A stretch of DNA of 64,000 nt from positions 516,727 through 580,726 of the forward strand of contig JAGWFT010000001.1 of assembly GCA_028867755.1 (NCBI GenBank), given 5' to 3'. Each line of letters opens with the position of its first letter. The first letter of the stretch is position 1. The position numbers and the translations under genes were made by a program. Shown here one piece after another: positions 29,464 to 39,039 of the stretch. Under the pieces are notes generated by a model. The model had not been told where the DNA came from. It saw only the letters and a list, made by a program, of their open reading frames with translations, and searched no databases. This stretch comes from Nitrososphaerota archaeon (GTDB taxonomy: Archaea > Thermoproteota > Nitrososphaeria > Nitrososphaerales > Nitrosopumilaceae).

Positions 29464-30795
29464 ATGGCAAACTTTATCTATTTTTTGAATGAAAGGAAAA
29501 ACTCGAAAGGATCTGACTCTGAGTTATCCAATGAACAACTCAGTAAAATTCTAAAGACAATGGCAAAGCAAGTATTAAAAGAAAAACTGCCCTCTGTGCA
29601 TGATTTAGAGAGAATACTCCAAGGAATAACACAGGACCAGCCATCGCAATCTAAAACTGATGAAGAATCTACAAATGAATTAGACATTCATGGTAACACA
29701 GAACCAATAACAAAATATCTACAAAAAAAGGGCTATCTAAAAGATGACAAAAAATGGCTTACCCACAAAGGATTTTTTGAGATTGGCCAGAGAATGCTCG
29801 AGGATATTACAAAAGCAATAAACGAAGGGGAATTTGGACTTCATGAAACAAAAAACATAGGCTCTGGTAGTGTAGTACTAGATACAACAAAAAAGCTTGA
29901 GATAGGTGATGATATCAAAAATCTTGACATTCCAAAGACAATACTAAACTCTATACAAAGATCTAGGAATAAACAATCCGCATTGGAAATGCCACTCCAA
30001 CTAGAGTTTGAAGACTTTGAAAAATTTGAGACGCGAGATGAAGCAAAAGTTGCAGTAGTATACTGCATTGATCTTAGCTCCACAATGAAATACTCTCTTG
30101 GTTCAGGTGAGGGGAGTAGAATAGAAGCTGCAAAGAAAGCTCTGTGGGCATTATATGTATTGAATAAGAAATTCTTTCCAAATGATTCTATTTACATTAT
30201 AGGCTTTGGCTCATTGGCGTCGGAAATCAGACAACATGATATCCCATACCTCAAAACTTATGATGCGAACGATAATTTCTTACATTATACCAATTATCAA
30301 GCTGCTTTTCGACTTGCTTTGAAGATATTGAAAAAAGATGGCGCTTACAATAAGAGAATAGTTATGATTACAGATGGTCAACCATCTGCATGTTTTATCG
30401 ATGACGAGTCTCAAAAAAATGCGATCTTATCAGATAAACCATATTCTCATTTCTATAGGCCAGATGAGGAAACTCTTGCTAAACTAAAAAATGATAGAGA
30501 AATAAAATTAGATATAGCAAGTGAGATGGTGTATCTGTGTTACAGGTATAGGCAAGTAGACCCAGCCATTGATGCTAAAACATTACAAGAAGCAAAAAAG
30601 TGTAAACGGGAAGGAATTGAGATTGATACTATTGTTGTGAGTGAGGAAGCAGAGCTATTAACCTACGTTGAAAACCTAGAAAAGCACCTAAAGGGAAGAT
30701 CCTATTATATCAATCCTGAAAAAATTGATAAAATTCTAATAAGTGACTTTATCTCAAACAAGAAAAGAATACTTAGCTCAAGGCATAGTTGGTAA
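29464..30795 (+). CDS. vWA domain protein, partner of the AAA+ ATPase
   Basis: MIDAS-like YCIDLSSTM, YTNYQAAF, MITDGQPSA; ATG 29464 directly after the ATPase stop. Confidence 0.85.
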   Translation: MANFIYFLNERKNSKGSDSELSNEQLSKILKTMAKQVLKEKLPSVHDLERILQGITQDQPSQSKTDEESTNELDIHGNTEPITKYLQKKGYLKDDKKWLTHKGFFEIGQRMLEDITKAINEGEFGLHETKNIGSGSVVLDTTKKLEIGDDIKNLDIPKTILNSIQRSRNKQSALEMPLQLEFEDFEKFETRDEAKVAVVYCIDLSSTMKYSLGSGEGSRIEAAKKALWALYVLNKKFFPNDSIYIIGFGSLASEIRQHDIPYLKTYDANDNFLHYTNYQAAFRLALKILKKDGAYNKRIVMITDGQPSACFIDDESQKNAILSDKPYSHFYRPDEETLAKLKNDREIKLDIASEMVYLCYRYRQVDPAIDAKTLQEAKKCKREGIEIDTIVVSEEAELLTYVENLEKHLKGRSYYINPEKIDKILISDFISNKKRILSSRHSW

Positions 30796-30797
30796 AT

Positions 30798-31109
30798 ATG
30801 AGAGAAGATTTTGATAAACGTCAAATGATGAATGCACTAACTGATCCTAATGTTTCTGCGATTCTATCTGAACTAGAAAATGGTGAACAGAATTTGTTCT
30901 ACCTTGCTGAAAAACTACAGATATCTGAAAATGAGATAAAAGATCGACTTTCATATGTTATTGAACATGAGTTCGTTATTATCAGACAAGATGAAAAAAA
31001 TACAACTCTTAGTGTAGATAAAGATAAACTCAATAAAATTATGGAAGCAGATGAAAACTTTGACAGTTTGGTTAATGGATTGACCGAGCTAGACCAATTC
31101 CTCAATTAA
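30798..31109 (+). CDS. winged-helix (ArsR-like) small protein
   Basis: LTDPNVSAILSEL...LAEKLQISENEIKDRL...HEFV pattern; apparently co-transcribed with the AAA+/vWA genes. Confidence 0.6.
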   Translation: MREDFDKRQMMNALTDPNVSAILSELENGEQNLFYLAEKLQISENEIKDRLSYVIEHEFVIIRQDEKNTTLSVDKDKLNKIMEADENFDSLVNGLTELDQFLN

Positions 31110-31611
31110 TATTTGATTTACCTCGATTTTTTATAAAGTACATCATACCTATAGCAAGACCACTTAGACCCACTATCAAAACTATAATGCTTAATGCATC
31201 AAGCAAGGTTGCACCTTGCGGATAATACCCTATAATTCCAAGTACCTGGATATCTTGCGGTGCTGCGTTTTGTATCTTCAACTCATAAATGCCTGTTGAA
31301 GAGATTGTGAAATTTTCTTGAAATGAACTTTTTATTATTGATTTCGTGGTAATGATGCTTCCACTAGGATCTATGACACTGACATTTATGTTATCCCCAT
31401 CTTTGAAATCTGATATTTGGACTGAATATGCCCCATCTTTACTCTCAATAGGGTCTAAGCTCTTGCTGACATTCATGGATGTATTCGTTGTTAGACTTTG
31501 TTGTACACTCGCAAGACTATTCATTTCAGTTTCGGATTGAGAAAATGAAATTAATATGCCAATTATTACAAGAATTCCGCTGATTATGAGTATAGTTTTT
31601 GACTTTGACAC
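31102..31611 (-). CDS. membrane protein with two terminal TM helices and a central beta-rich (GOLD-like) domain
   Basis: Hydrophobic N-terminal (ILIISGILVIIGILI) and C-terminal (IIVLIVGLSGLAIGMMYF) segments. Confidence 0.7.
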   Translation of the reverse strand: MSKSKTILIISGILVIIGILISFSQSETEMNSLASVQQSLTTNTSMNVSKSLDPIESKDGAYSVQISDFKDGDNINVSVIDPSGSIITTKSIIKSSFQENFTISSTGIYELKIQNAAPQDIQVLGIIGYYPQGATLLDALSIIVLIVGLSGLAIGMMYFIKNRGKSNIN

Positions 31612-31731
31612 ATTGAAGCTCCCGAAGAAGCCTTAGTTAAAACCTGCTGTTTTCAAGTCTTGTTGACTATGCCCTGATTATCAAAACCAGTATAAATTAT
31701 TCGACAAGGTTAATTCCAAGAAACTCACCAA

Positions 31732-34700
31732 ATGATAATGTTGTACAAAACGTGTGCTCTTTTGTTAATCGTGTTACTAGTTTTTCCACAAGTATTGTCA
31801 TCTAATGTGAAAGGATACTCCGATCATCCAAATCTATTTGTATCCGCAGAAAATAGCGCTTTTCAAAATCATTTTTCTGGAGCAATGGTGGTTGAAGTGA
31901 TAATTAAGGGAAGTAATGTACAATTAGATCAAGCTCAAGGTGAACCCAATGTCAATGTAAACGGAAAACAACTTCGTATGGCTCAAGCATCAGATGGTTA
32001 TTGGTATGCATTTTTTGCTAATACTGATGCAGCTAAACAAGCAGATCAAACATCTTTGAGTGGTGCACCTGGGCAAAACCTAGACTTTGGAGTTTTCTGT
32101 TCAGGATCTACTCCTTCATCTATACTAGGAGTTGACTTTTCGCAAACTGATGGCATAGCAATTCCTAATGCAGGAGGTCTTTCAGGCACAACTCAGGGAC
32201 TTGCATCATTTAGTTCATGCAGTGGTACTTTGCAATCAGTTTCTGTTAACCAAGATAATGTTGTTAGAAATCCGCCTTCTTTGAATTCTAATCCAAATAT
32301 AAGTACAGGTCAAATTGGGATTAATCACAATATATGGCCAGTCATTCAACTTTTCTCATTTAGCAATGATGTTAATGTAGAATATGATGGAGCTACAGGA
32401 ACACAAAGCGTTGCTCTTACATACTTTGATATTCCAAACATCTCTGTTGGCCTTGATAGAAACACATATTCTGCAGGTTCTGAAGTTTTCGCAACAATAA
32501 ATGACATCCAATTAGATGAAGATCCAACAGCTGTAGATTCATGGACATTTAATGTTAATAGTCCTGATGCAACTTTCTATCAAGCATTTCCAGAATCTGG
32601 TAGCAGCAATATCTCTGGACTTGTAAATCTCACTCCATATCTAAGTAGCTTAGGTTTTAAGGACAATGGCAAAGTGGAAATGAATCTTGGCAATGTTGTT
32701 AATCTAAAGACAAATAACCTTCAAACCAGTTCATCAATAATTGCAAACGGTGTAACTTACAACAAATTAGTAACATTTGTAGAGACTGGGCCAAACACTG
32801 GAGTTTTTGAGAGCGATTATGGAAGCATTTCGACAATAGGAATTTTACCGAATGCGCCTAGAGGGCAATCAGCTAACATAGAATATAACCAACAATCTAC
32901 ATCTATTGTTTCAGGCACTTCAAACGCTGGCCTCACTCTTGGGTCTGGCCAAAACCAATTTAGTCCTGGTCAAAGAGAAACTATTACACTTACTGATAGC
33001 AACCAAGTTCTAAACTCGGGAATCATTGAAACCTTGAATGATTTTAGAAGCTCAGCCAAAGTACCAACATTGAAGATTGGAAGTCCAATTACACTGATTG
33101 GTGCCTCCAATGTGAATTTCTATCCAAATCCAAATAGTCTCTTAAATCCTATCTCGACATCTTCTAGTGTCCCAGATACAAATTCGGCACGGTTGATGAT
33201 AGACACTAGATCTACACCATCCACTAATTTTTATGAAGTCACCTTGAATCTTGGAATAACTGCTGCAACTCTCAATGGTATGTTAATAGACACTGGCCAA
33301 CCTAATTCTGGAGGAACAAATTGGGTTAACTATGATTTAAGATCGTTCCAACAACAACTAGGTATAAGTTCTTTTTCAGGTACTAGCATAACACTTCATT
33401 TTGGTAGCGCATCTAGCACTGCATCTGTTCAAATCCTGTCTCCCGGTTCAATTTCTTCTGGAAACGGTCTTGTTCAAATAAGTGATTCTGCAGTATCTTC
33501 AATCGAGTCTCAGTCTTCATCATCTCCGGTGTATCTTGAAATTAATTTTGGTAGCTCAGGTGGTGTCATTTCGCAAGAAACCGATTTACAACCAATAGTT
33601 TTTGATTTATTTTCTTTTGGAATGAAAAATAGTCAAACAATGAACAATGCTATGTATAGAGCTGAACTTCAAGAAACTGCTGCTGGATCGGGTACTTTTA
33701 CAGGAACAATTGCATATGTGGTAGTAAACCAACTAAACCAATTCGATCCAGATCTGATAAAAAGCCTACAAACATTTGGTAACAATATCGTATTCCTCGT
33801 AAATGGTCAAATGGTGGATCAAAATGGAATCAATTTCTCTCTTTTGGGCTCTTCATCAGCAGGTCAACAAACTACTGTCACTTCAAAAAACAATCTTCCA
33901 ACAAAAACAGGAACGGTGACTCTTGACTCAGCAAATTATAGGATTGGCTCACCTGTAACAATAACAGTATACGATCCAGATCTTGTATCCGATGATAGCT
34001 CCATTCAATCCTTTACAACTATAAACGATCCAAATTCTCCTGCAGCCGATACTGTAGGCGATGCTAATGGAAATATCTTGCTAGAGGTTTGGATAAAGGG
34101 CTTTAGATTTCATCAATGTACAATAAATGGCGTATTTCATGGAGGGCTTGCTGATGCTGGTTTCACACTTACTGAAACTGCCCCAGGGTCTGGAATGTTT
34201 AAAGGAATATTCAAGATGCCATCTTGGATATGTAGTGAGGATGGAACATCATTGATATCGCCTGTTGGAGGAACAGTACAAGCATGGTACCATGACTTTA
34301 TGGATGCAGCAGGACGATCAGTCATAATAGGTTCAACAGTTGCTTCTTCATCACAAACATATTTGTCGTCTACCACACCATCTCAGTCCGCTCAGGCATC
34401 AATACCTAGTGTTTCACAAGAATATGTTCCAAAGATCAGTCAATCAGCACAAATTGCATATAGCAACGGGTTACCCATGTTACAAAGTCCTAAGATAGGT
34501 CAAACAATCACTTTCAAGGATATCATTTCAAATGGTGATTATCAAAATGATCAGAAAATTTCTTACATCGTTCAAATAAAAGATAGTCAAGGTAAAGTTG
34601 TGTACTTGAAATGGGTTGATGACACAATAAATGCAGCAAACGAAATAAATGAGCAAATTCAATGGACTCCTACTACTGCAGGAAAATATTCTGCTGACAT

Positions 34701-34776
34701 TTATGTGTGGAATGGAATGAATTCTCTGGTACCACTAACTGAGAAAAACGAATACCAATTCCAAGTATTGTCTTAA
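31732..34776 (+). CDS. thaumarchaeal S-layer protein SlaA-like paralog (1014 aa, secreted)
   Basis: Signal peptide; NLFVSAEN, GEPNVNVNGKQLRMAQASDGYWY, LDFGVFC, repeated ETG/ETA..SG.F.G motifs and C-terminal YIVQIKD...WTPT.AGKY...VW domain recalled from Nitrosopumilus S-layer proteins. Confidence 0.75.
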   Translation: MIMLYKTCALLLIVLLVFPQVLSSNVKGYSDHPNLFVSAENSAFQNHFSGAMVVEVIIKGSNVQLDQAQGEPNVNVNGKQLRMAQASDGYWYAFFANTDAAKQADQTSLSGAPGQNLDFGVFCSGSTPSSILGVDFSQTDGIAIPNAGGLSGTTQGLASFSSCSGTLQSVSVNQDNVVRNPPSLNSNPNISTGQIGINHNIWPVIQLFSFSNDVNVEYDGATGTQSVALTYFDIPNISVGLDRNTYSAGSEVFATINDIQLDEDPTAVDSWTFNVNSPDATFYQAFPESGSSNISGLVNLTPYLSSLGFKDNGKVEMNLGNVVNLKTNNLQTSSSIIANGVTYNKLVTFVETGPNTGVFESDYGSISTIGILPNAPRGQSANIEYNQQSTSIVSGTSNAGLTLGSGQNQFSPGQRETITLTDSNQVLNSGIIETLNDFRSSAKVPTLKIGSPITLIGASNVNFYPNPNSLLNPISTSSSVPDTNSARLMIDTRSTPSTNFYEVTLNLGITAATLNGMLIDTGQPNSGGTNWVNYDLRSFQQQLGISSFSGTSITLHFGSASSTASVQILSPGSISSGNGLVQISDSAVSSIESQSSSSPVYLEINFGSSGGVISQETDLQPIVFDLFSFGMKNSQTMNNAMYRAELQETAAGSGTFTGTIAYVVVNQLNQFDPDLIKSLQTFGNNIVFLVNGQMVDQNGINFSLLGSSSAGQQTTVTSKNNLPTKTGTVTLDSANYRIGSPVTITVYDPDLVSDDSSIQSFTTINDPNSPAADTVGDANGNILLEVWIKGFRFHQCTINGVFHGGLADAGFTLTETAPGSGMFKGIFKMPSWICSEDGTSLISPVGGTVQAWYHDFMDAAGRSVIIGSTVASSSQTYLSSTTPSQSAQASIPSVSQEYVPKISQSAQIAYSNGLPMLQSPKIGQTITFKDIISNGDYQNDQKISYIVQIKDSQGKVVYLKWVDDTINAANEINEQIQWTPTTAGKYSADIYVWNGMNSLVPLTEKNEYQFQVLS

Positions 34777-34781
34777 TACAT

Positions 34782-35939
34782 CTAGAAATTGTATTTGTTT
34801 TTGTAGGGGGAAACAGCGCGTAGTTCTTGCACTACTTTCTTTAATACTTCTACAGTTTTGTCTATCTCTTCTGCAGTATTCGTAATTCCTACAGTTAAAC
34901 GTAGAGAACCAGATATTTGTTCATGGGAAAAGCCCATTGCATTAAGTACATGTGATGCCTTTTGTATTCGTACAGAACATGCTGAGCCAGTAGAGGCAGC
35001 AATCTGGTTCTCATCAAGTTTAATGATGAGATCTTCTCCATTTACCCCAAGAAATGTAAAGTGTGTGTTATTGGGAATTCTCTTTTCAGAATGACCATTA
35101 AGGCTAGTTTCTGGTATCTCCAATAGAACTCTTGTGATTAATTGAGAAGTTAGGTTCTTGAAATAATCTGTGTTTTGATTTATGTTTTCCTTTGCTAATT
35201 TACAGGCCATACCAAAACCTACTATGCTTGCAACATTTTCAGTACCTGATCTTAGTCCATTTTCTTGCCCTCCGCCCAATATGAGAGGAGATATTTTGAT
35301 TCCTTTTTTCAGGTATAATGCACCAACTCCTTTAGGACCGTTTATCTTATGCGAAGATATGGAAAGCAAATCAACTCCAAGCTCTTTAACATCAATTGGA
35401 ACTTTACCAACTGCCTGAACTGCATCTGTATGGAAAACTATATTGTTGTCATGTGCTATGCCTGAGATTTCTTTTATTGGTTGAATTGTACCAACTTCAT
35501 TATTTGCAAACATTATGGTGATAAGACATGTATCTTGTGAAATTTCTTTTTTAATATCATCCACATTTACAAGCCCATGTCTATCTACTGGTAGATATGA
35601 TATTCTGTATCCCTCTCTCTCGAGACGTTTACAGGGTTCAAGTATTGCATCATGTTCTATAGAAGACGTTATGATGTGTTTACCCTTGTTCTGGAATGTA
35701 ATCCCATAAATTGCAGTGTTGTTTGATTCAGTGCCTCCAGAAGTCAAAAGAATTTCTTTACTATCTGCATTAATCAAATCAGCTGCTCTTTTTCTGGCGT
35801 TTTGTAGGGCAACATTAGCAGTTCTGCCAAACTTATGTATAGAAGATGGATTTCCATATTGTTCTTTAAAGTATGGCATCATCTCATCTATTACTTTTTG
35901 ATGAACTGGAGTTGATGCTGCATTGTCTAGGTAGATCAA
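34782..35939 (-). CDS. iscS: cysteine desulfurase (IscS/NifS type)
   Basis: YLDNAAST, GNPSS, HTDAVQ, SSHKINGPKG, STGSAC. Confidence 0.95.
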   Translation of the reverse strand: MIYLDNAASTPVHQKVIDEMMPYFKEQYGNPSSIHKFGRTANVALQNARKRAADLINADSKEILLTSGGTESNNTAIYGITFQNKGKHIITSSIEHDAILEPCKRLEREGYRISYLPVDRHGLVNVDDIKKEISQDTCLITIMFANNEVGTIQPIKEISGIAHDNNIVFHTDAVQAVGKVPIDVKELGVDLLSISSHKINGPKGVGALYLKKGIKISPLILGGGQENGLRSGTENVASIVGFGMACKLAKENINQNTDYFKNLTSQLITRVLLEIPETSLNGHSEKRIPNNTHFTFLGVNGEDLIIKLDENQIAASTGSACSVRIQKASHVLNAMGFSHEQISGSLRLTVGITNTAEEIDKTVEVLKKVVQELRAVSPYKNKYNF

Positions 35940-36736
35940 TCTGTTATCACATTGAGCTTACCAGGTCTATATCCTTCCCCGTCTATCAATATAGACTCGA
36001 ACCCAATTTCTCTAAGACGTTCATTTAATATGGAAATCTTTTGAAAATCTGTAAGCAAATATAATTCGTTCTGACCTACCTCTATTTTTGCTTCTTTACC
36101 AAAATCTCGCACTCTTACTTGTCTTACGCCAAAAATCTGTTTTACTATATTTTCACTTTTTTCAATCCTTGCTAGCTTTTCTGCAGTTACCATATTGCCC
36201 CATGGGATACGCGATGCAAGACATGAATTTGATGGCTTGTCATATACAGAAAGACCTGCCTCTTTTGAAAAGTTTCTTACCTCTATTTTTGTAAATCCTA
36301 TCTCCACCAGAGGACTCTGAACTCCACTTTCTCGTAATGCAGCTATGCCAGGACGATATTCTCCAAGGTCATCAAGATTAGTACCGTCAACTATCAAATC
36401 AGCTCTTTCATTCTTAGATATTTTTTCTAAATGTGTTGCTAATTGGGTTCTACAATGAAAGCATCTATTCTTATCATTTTTCACAAAGTCTGGATTCTCA
36501 AGCTCATTGTATTCTATTATGATATGTCTTATTCCTATCTCAGAACAAATCTTTTTTGCTGATTCTAGTTCTTCCTGGGAGAGAGTTTTGTAGTCAGCTG
36601 TAACAGCCACAGCGAGATCTCCAAGTGATTTGTATGAAGCATAGGCTACAAGTGCACTATCAACACCCCCTGATAGAGCAATTACAGTCTTACCTTTTCC
36701 ATCAAACCATCTGATTAACTGTTCTAATTTGTTCAT
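35936..36736 (-). CDS. larE: ATP-dependent sulfur transferase LarE (NPN cofactor)
   Basis: PP-loop SGGVDS, NRCFHCR, DGTNLDD.GEYRPG, KPSNSCLASRIP. Confidence 0.92.
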   Translation of the reverse strand: MNKLEQLIRWFDGKGKTVIALSGGVDSALVAYASYKSLGDLAVAVTADYKTLSQEELESAKKICSEIGIRHIIIEYNELENPDFVKNDKNRCFHCRTQLATHLEKISKNERADLIVDGTNLDDLGEYRPGIAALRESGVQSPLVEIGFTKIEVRNFSKEAGLSVYDKPSNSCLASRIPWGNMVTAEKLARIEKSENIVKQIFGVRQVRVRDFGKEAKIEVGQNELYLLTDFQKISILNERLREIGFESILIDGEGYRPGKLNVITD

Positions 36737-37965
36737 TTTAGGTGAAGTTTTTCTTTTACCTCTGTAATAATCAAAGCATTTGCCTCTCTAAAGGAAATAT
36801 CTAAAGATACTGCAACTGATTTTACATCGTCAGCCTCTACTTTGAAATGTTTTGTTACGTCGTCATTCTTTATTATTTTGCACCGTACTGTGAAATTCCT
36901 TTCCAACACTGTAATTGGCACTGAAACAATAATTCTAGGAACTATATACCGACTTGAAGTTCTTACTCTCACTCCAAGTGTACCGGTTTCAGAGGTAATA
37001 GAATTTATCATTTCATTCAGATTTGACGAGTCACATATGACAGAAACAAGATTAGTCGGTCTACTTTTTTTTGTAATTGATGGAGTGACTGTAACGTCTT
37101 TTGCTCCCATAGAAATCAACTTGTCAATCATTTGACCTATTACTTCGCCTGAAACGTCATCAACATTAGTTTCAATGACCTGAACTATGTCTTGTTCAAA
37201 TTGATGCGTTGTTTCTCCTCTGACAATTTTCAAAATATTTGGAAATCCCTCAAAATCCTTATTGCCTGCCCCATACCCAATTGATCTGACTTTCATAGAA
37301 GGATAAAATTCAGAACATTTGTTTGCAAGATTGACTAGAAGGCTTGCTCCGGTGGGAGTCGTAAGCTCTTCTTTTGCCCCACCGCCCTTGATTATGATAT
37401 CAGAATTGCGGAATATCTCTAGGATTGCACTTGCAGGATTTGATGTAATTCCATGTGAGAAGCTTAGAGTTCCGCCACCAACTGGGATGGGGGTAGAGAT
37501 AATGTCTTCGAAAAAAAGTTTCAAATCATCAAGAGCTATTGCAGAACCAATAATGTCTACAACGGTATCTATGCTTGATGTTTCATGAAAGTGAACTGAT
37601 TCTATTGGTTCTCCATGAATTTTTGACTCTGCTTTGATTAAAGATTTTATGCTTTCCTTTGCAAAGACTTTGGCTTTTTCAGATAATCCTATTTTATCAG
37701 ATAATCGTAATATACAGTCTTGAATCTCAACCCCTTTTCTTTCATTATGTTCTTCTTTTATATCTAAAACTAATCTAGTTGCCTCAGTTCCATGCTTTAC
37801 AGTCTTTTCAAAATCAATATTTTGAATCTTGGAATCCTTGAGATAGTCTTCAGACATTTTGACACCTTCTATTATTTTGGATTTATTAGCTCCAATGTTT
37901 ACAAGAGCAGAAAGTAACATGTCTCCAGAGATCCCTGCTACCTGTGCATCAATTACAAGAGTCAT
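36733..37965 (-). CDS. larC: nickel insertase LarC (single ORF)
   Basis: AGISGDM, VHFHE...IDT.VDI, ELTTPTGA, ETNVDD, ETGTLGVR. Confidence 0.92.
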   Translation of the reverse strand: MTLVIDAQVAGISGDMLLSALVNIGANKSKIIEGVKMSEDYLKDSKIQNIDFEKTVKHGTEATRLVLDIKEEHNERKGVEIQDCILRLSDKIGLSEKAKVFAKESIKSLIKAESKIHGEPIESVHFHETSSIDTVVDIIGSAIALDDLKLFFEDIISTPIPVGGGTLSFSHGITSNPASAILEIFRNSDIIIKGGGAKEELTTPTGASLLVNLANKCSEFYPSMKVRSIGYGAGNKDFEGFPNILKIVRGETTHQFEQDIVQVIETNVDDVSGEVIGQMIDKLISMGAKDVTVTPSITKKSRPTNLVSVICDSSNLNEMINSITSETGTLGVRVRTSSRYIVPRIIVSVPITVLERNFTVRCKIIKNDDVTKHFKVEADDVKSVAVSLDISFREANALIITEVKEKLHLK

Positions 37966-38091
37966 AATTTTGTAAACAACCTAGAATGCATATAAATTGT
38001 AATTCTGTAGAAAGACGTTCTAACTGTAATGTATGCTGATTTACTGCAGAAAATAGTGAAGTTTAATTAGTGATTAATTCGACGCCTGAAT

Positions 38092-39006
38092 ATGATTACA
38101 ATTGTTGGTTCTGGAAAGGTAGGAGGAGCTGCTGCACTTTTTACCGCCCTAAGAAAAGTGACCGATGAAATTCTCTTGCTAGATGTTGTACAGGGTCTTC
38201 CGCAAGGAGAAGCGATGGATCTTAATCATATGTTATCTGAAAAAGGAATAGATGTAAACGTTAGAGGCTCAAACGATTATTCTGAGATGAAAGGATCAGA
38301 CATTGTGGTTGTTGTAGCTGGATCAGGACGAAAACCAGGTATGACAAGAATGGATTTATTGAAAATTAATGCATCAATTGTAAAAGGTGTAGTAGAAAAC
38401 ATCAAGAAATTTGCAAAAGATTCAATGATAATTCCCGTAACAAATCCTCTAGATCCTATGGCATATCTTACATACAAAATTTCAGCATTTCAAAAAAGTA
38501 GAGTGTTTGGTATGGGTAATATGCTTGATTTATCTAGATTTATTCAATTTATTCATGAGGCAACAGGTTATTCTCGTAACTCAACCCGTGGTCTGGTCAT
38601 AGGAGAACACGGCGAAAATATGTTACCTCTACCAAGATATTCTACAATATCAGGCGTTCCTCTTACTTCGTTATTGCCAAAACAAAAAACAGATGAGATT
38701 GTGCAAAACACACGACAAGTTGCAGCCAAAGTGATTGAACTTAAGGGTGCAACAGTCCATGCCCCAGGAAATGCAATTTCTGCCATTATTGAAGCCATAA
38801 TACGAGACACACGACAAGTTATACCTGTAGCCACCTATCTTGATGGAGAATATGGTTATTCTGATGTCTCAATTGGTGTGCCAGCAGTAATAGGTAAAAA
38901 TGGCGTAGAAAAAATTGTAGAATTAGATCTAGATTCAAATGAAAAAGAGTGGTTCAAGAAAGGCATAGAAAGTGTCAAGACTGCAATTTCAAGCCTTGAG
39001 CTCTGA
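38092..39006 (+). CDS. mdh: LDH-like L-malate dehydrogenase
   Basis: GSGKVG; [14 protein letters not shown] has Arg at the MDH specificity position; NPLD, GEHG. Confidence 0.93.
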   Translation: MITIVGSGKVGGAAALFTALRKVTDEILLLDVVQGLPQGEAMDLNHMLSEKGIDVNVRGSNDYSEMKGSDIVVVVAGSGRKPGMTRMDLLKINASIVKGVVENIKKFAKDSMIIPVTNPLDPMAYLTYKISAFQKSRVFGMGNMLDLSRFIQFIHEATGYSRNSTRGLVIGEHGENMLPLPRYSTISGVPLTSLLPKQKTDEIVQNTRQVAAKVIELKGATVHAPGNAISAIIEAIIRDTRQVIPVATYLDGEYGYSDVSIGVPAVIGKNGVEKIVELDLDSNEKEWFKKGIESVKTAISSLEL

Positions 39007-39039
39007 TTACATTTTTTAAACTCGTAACAGTTAGTATTA

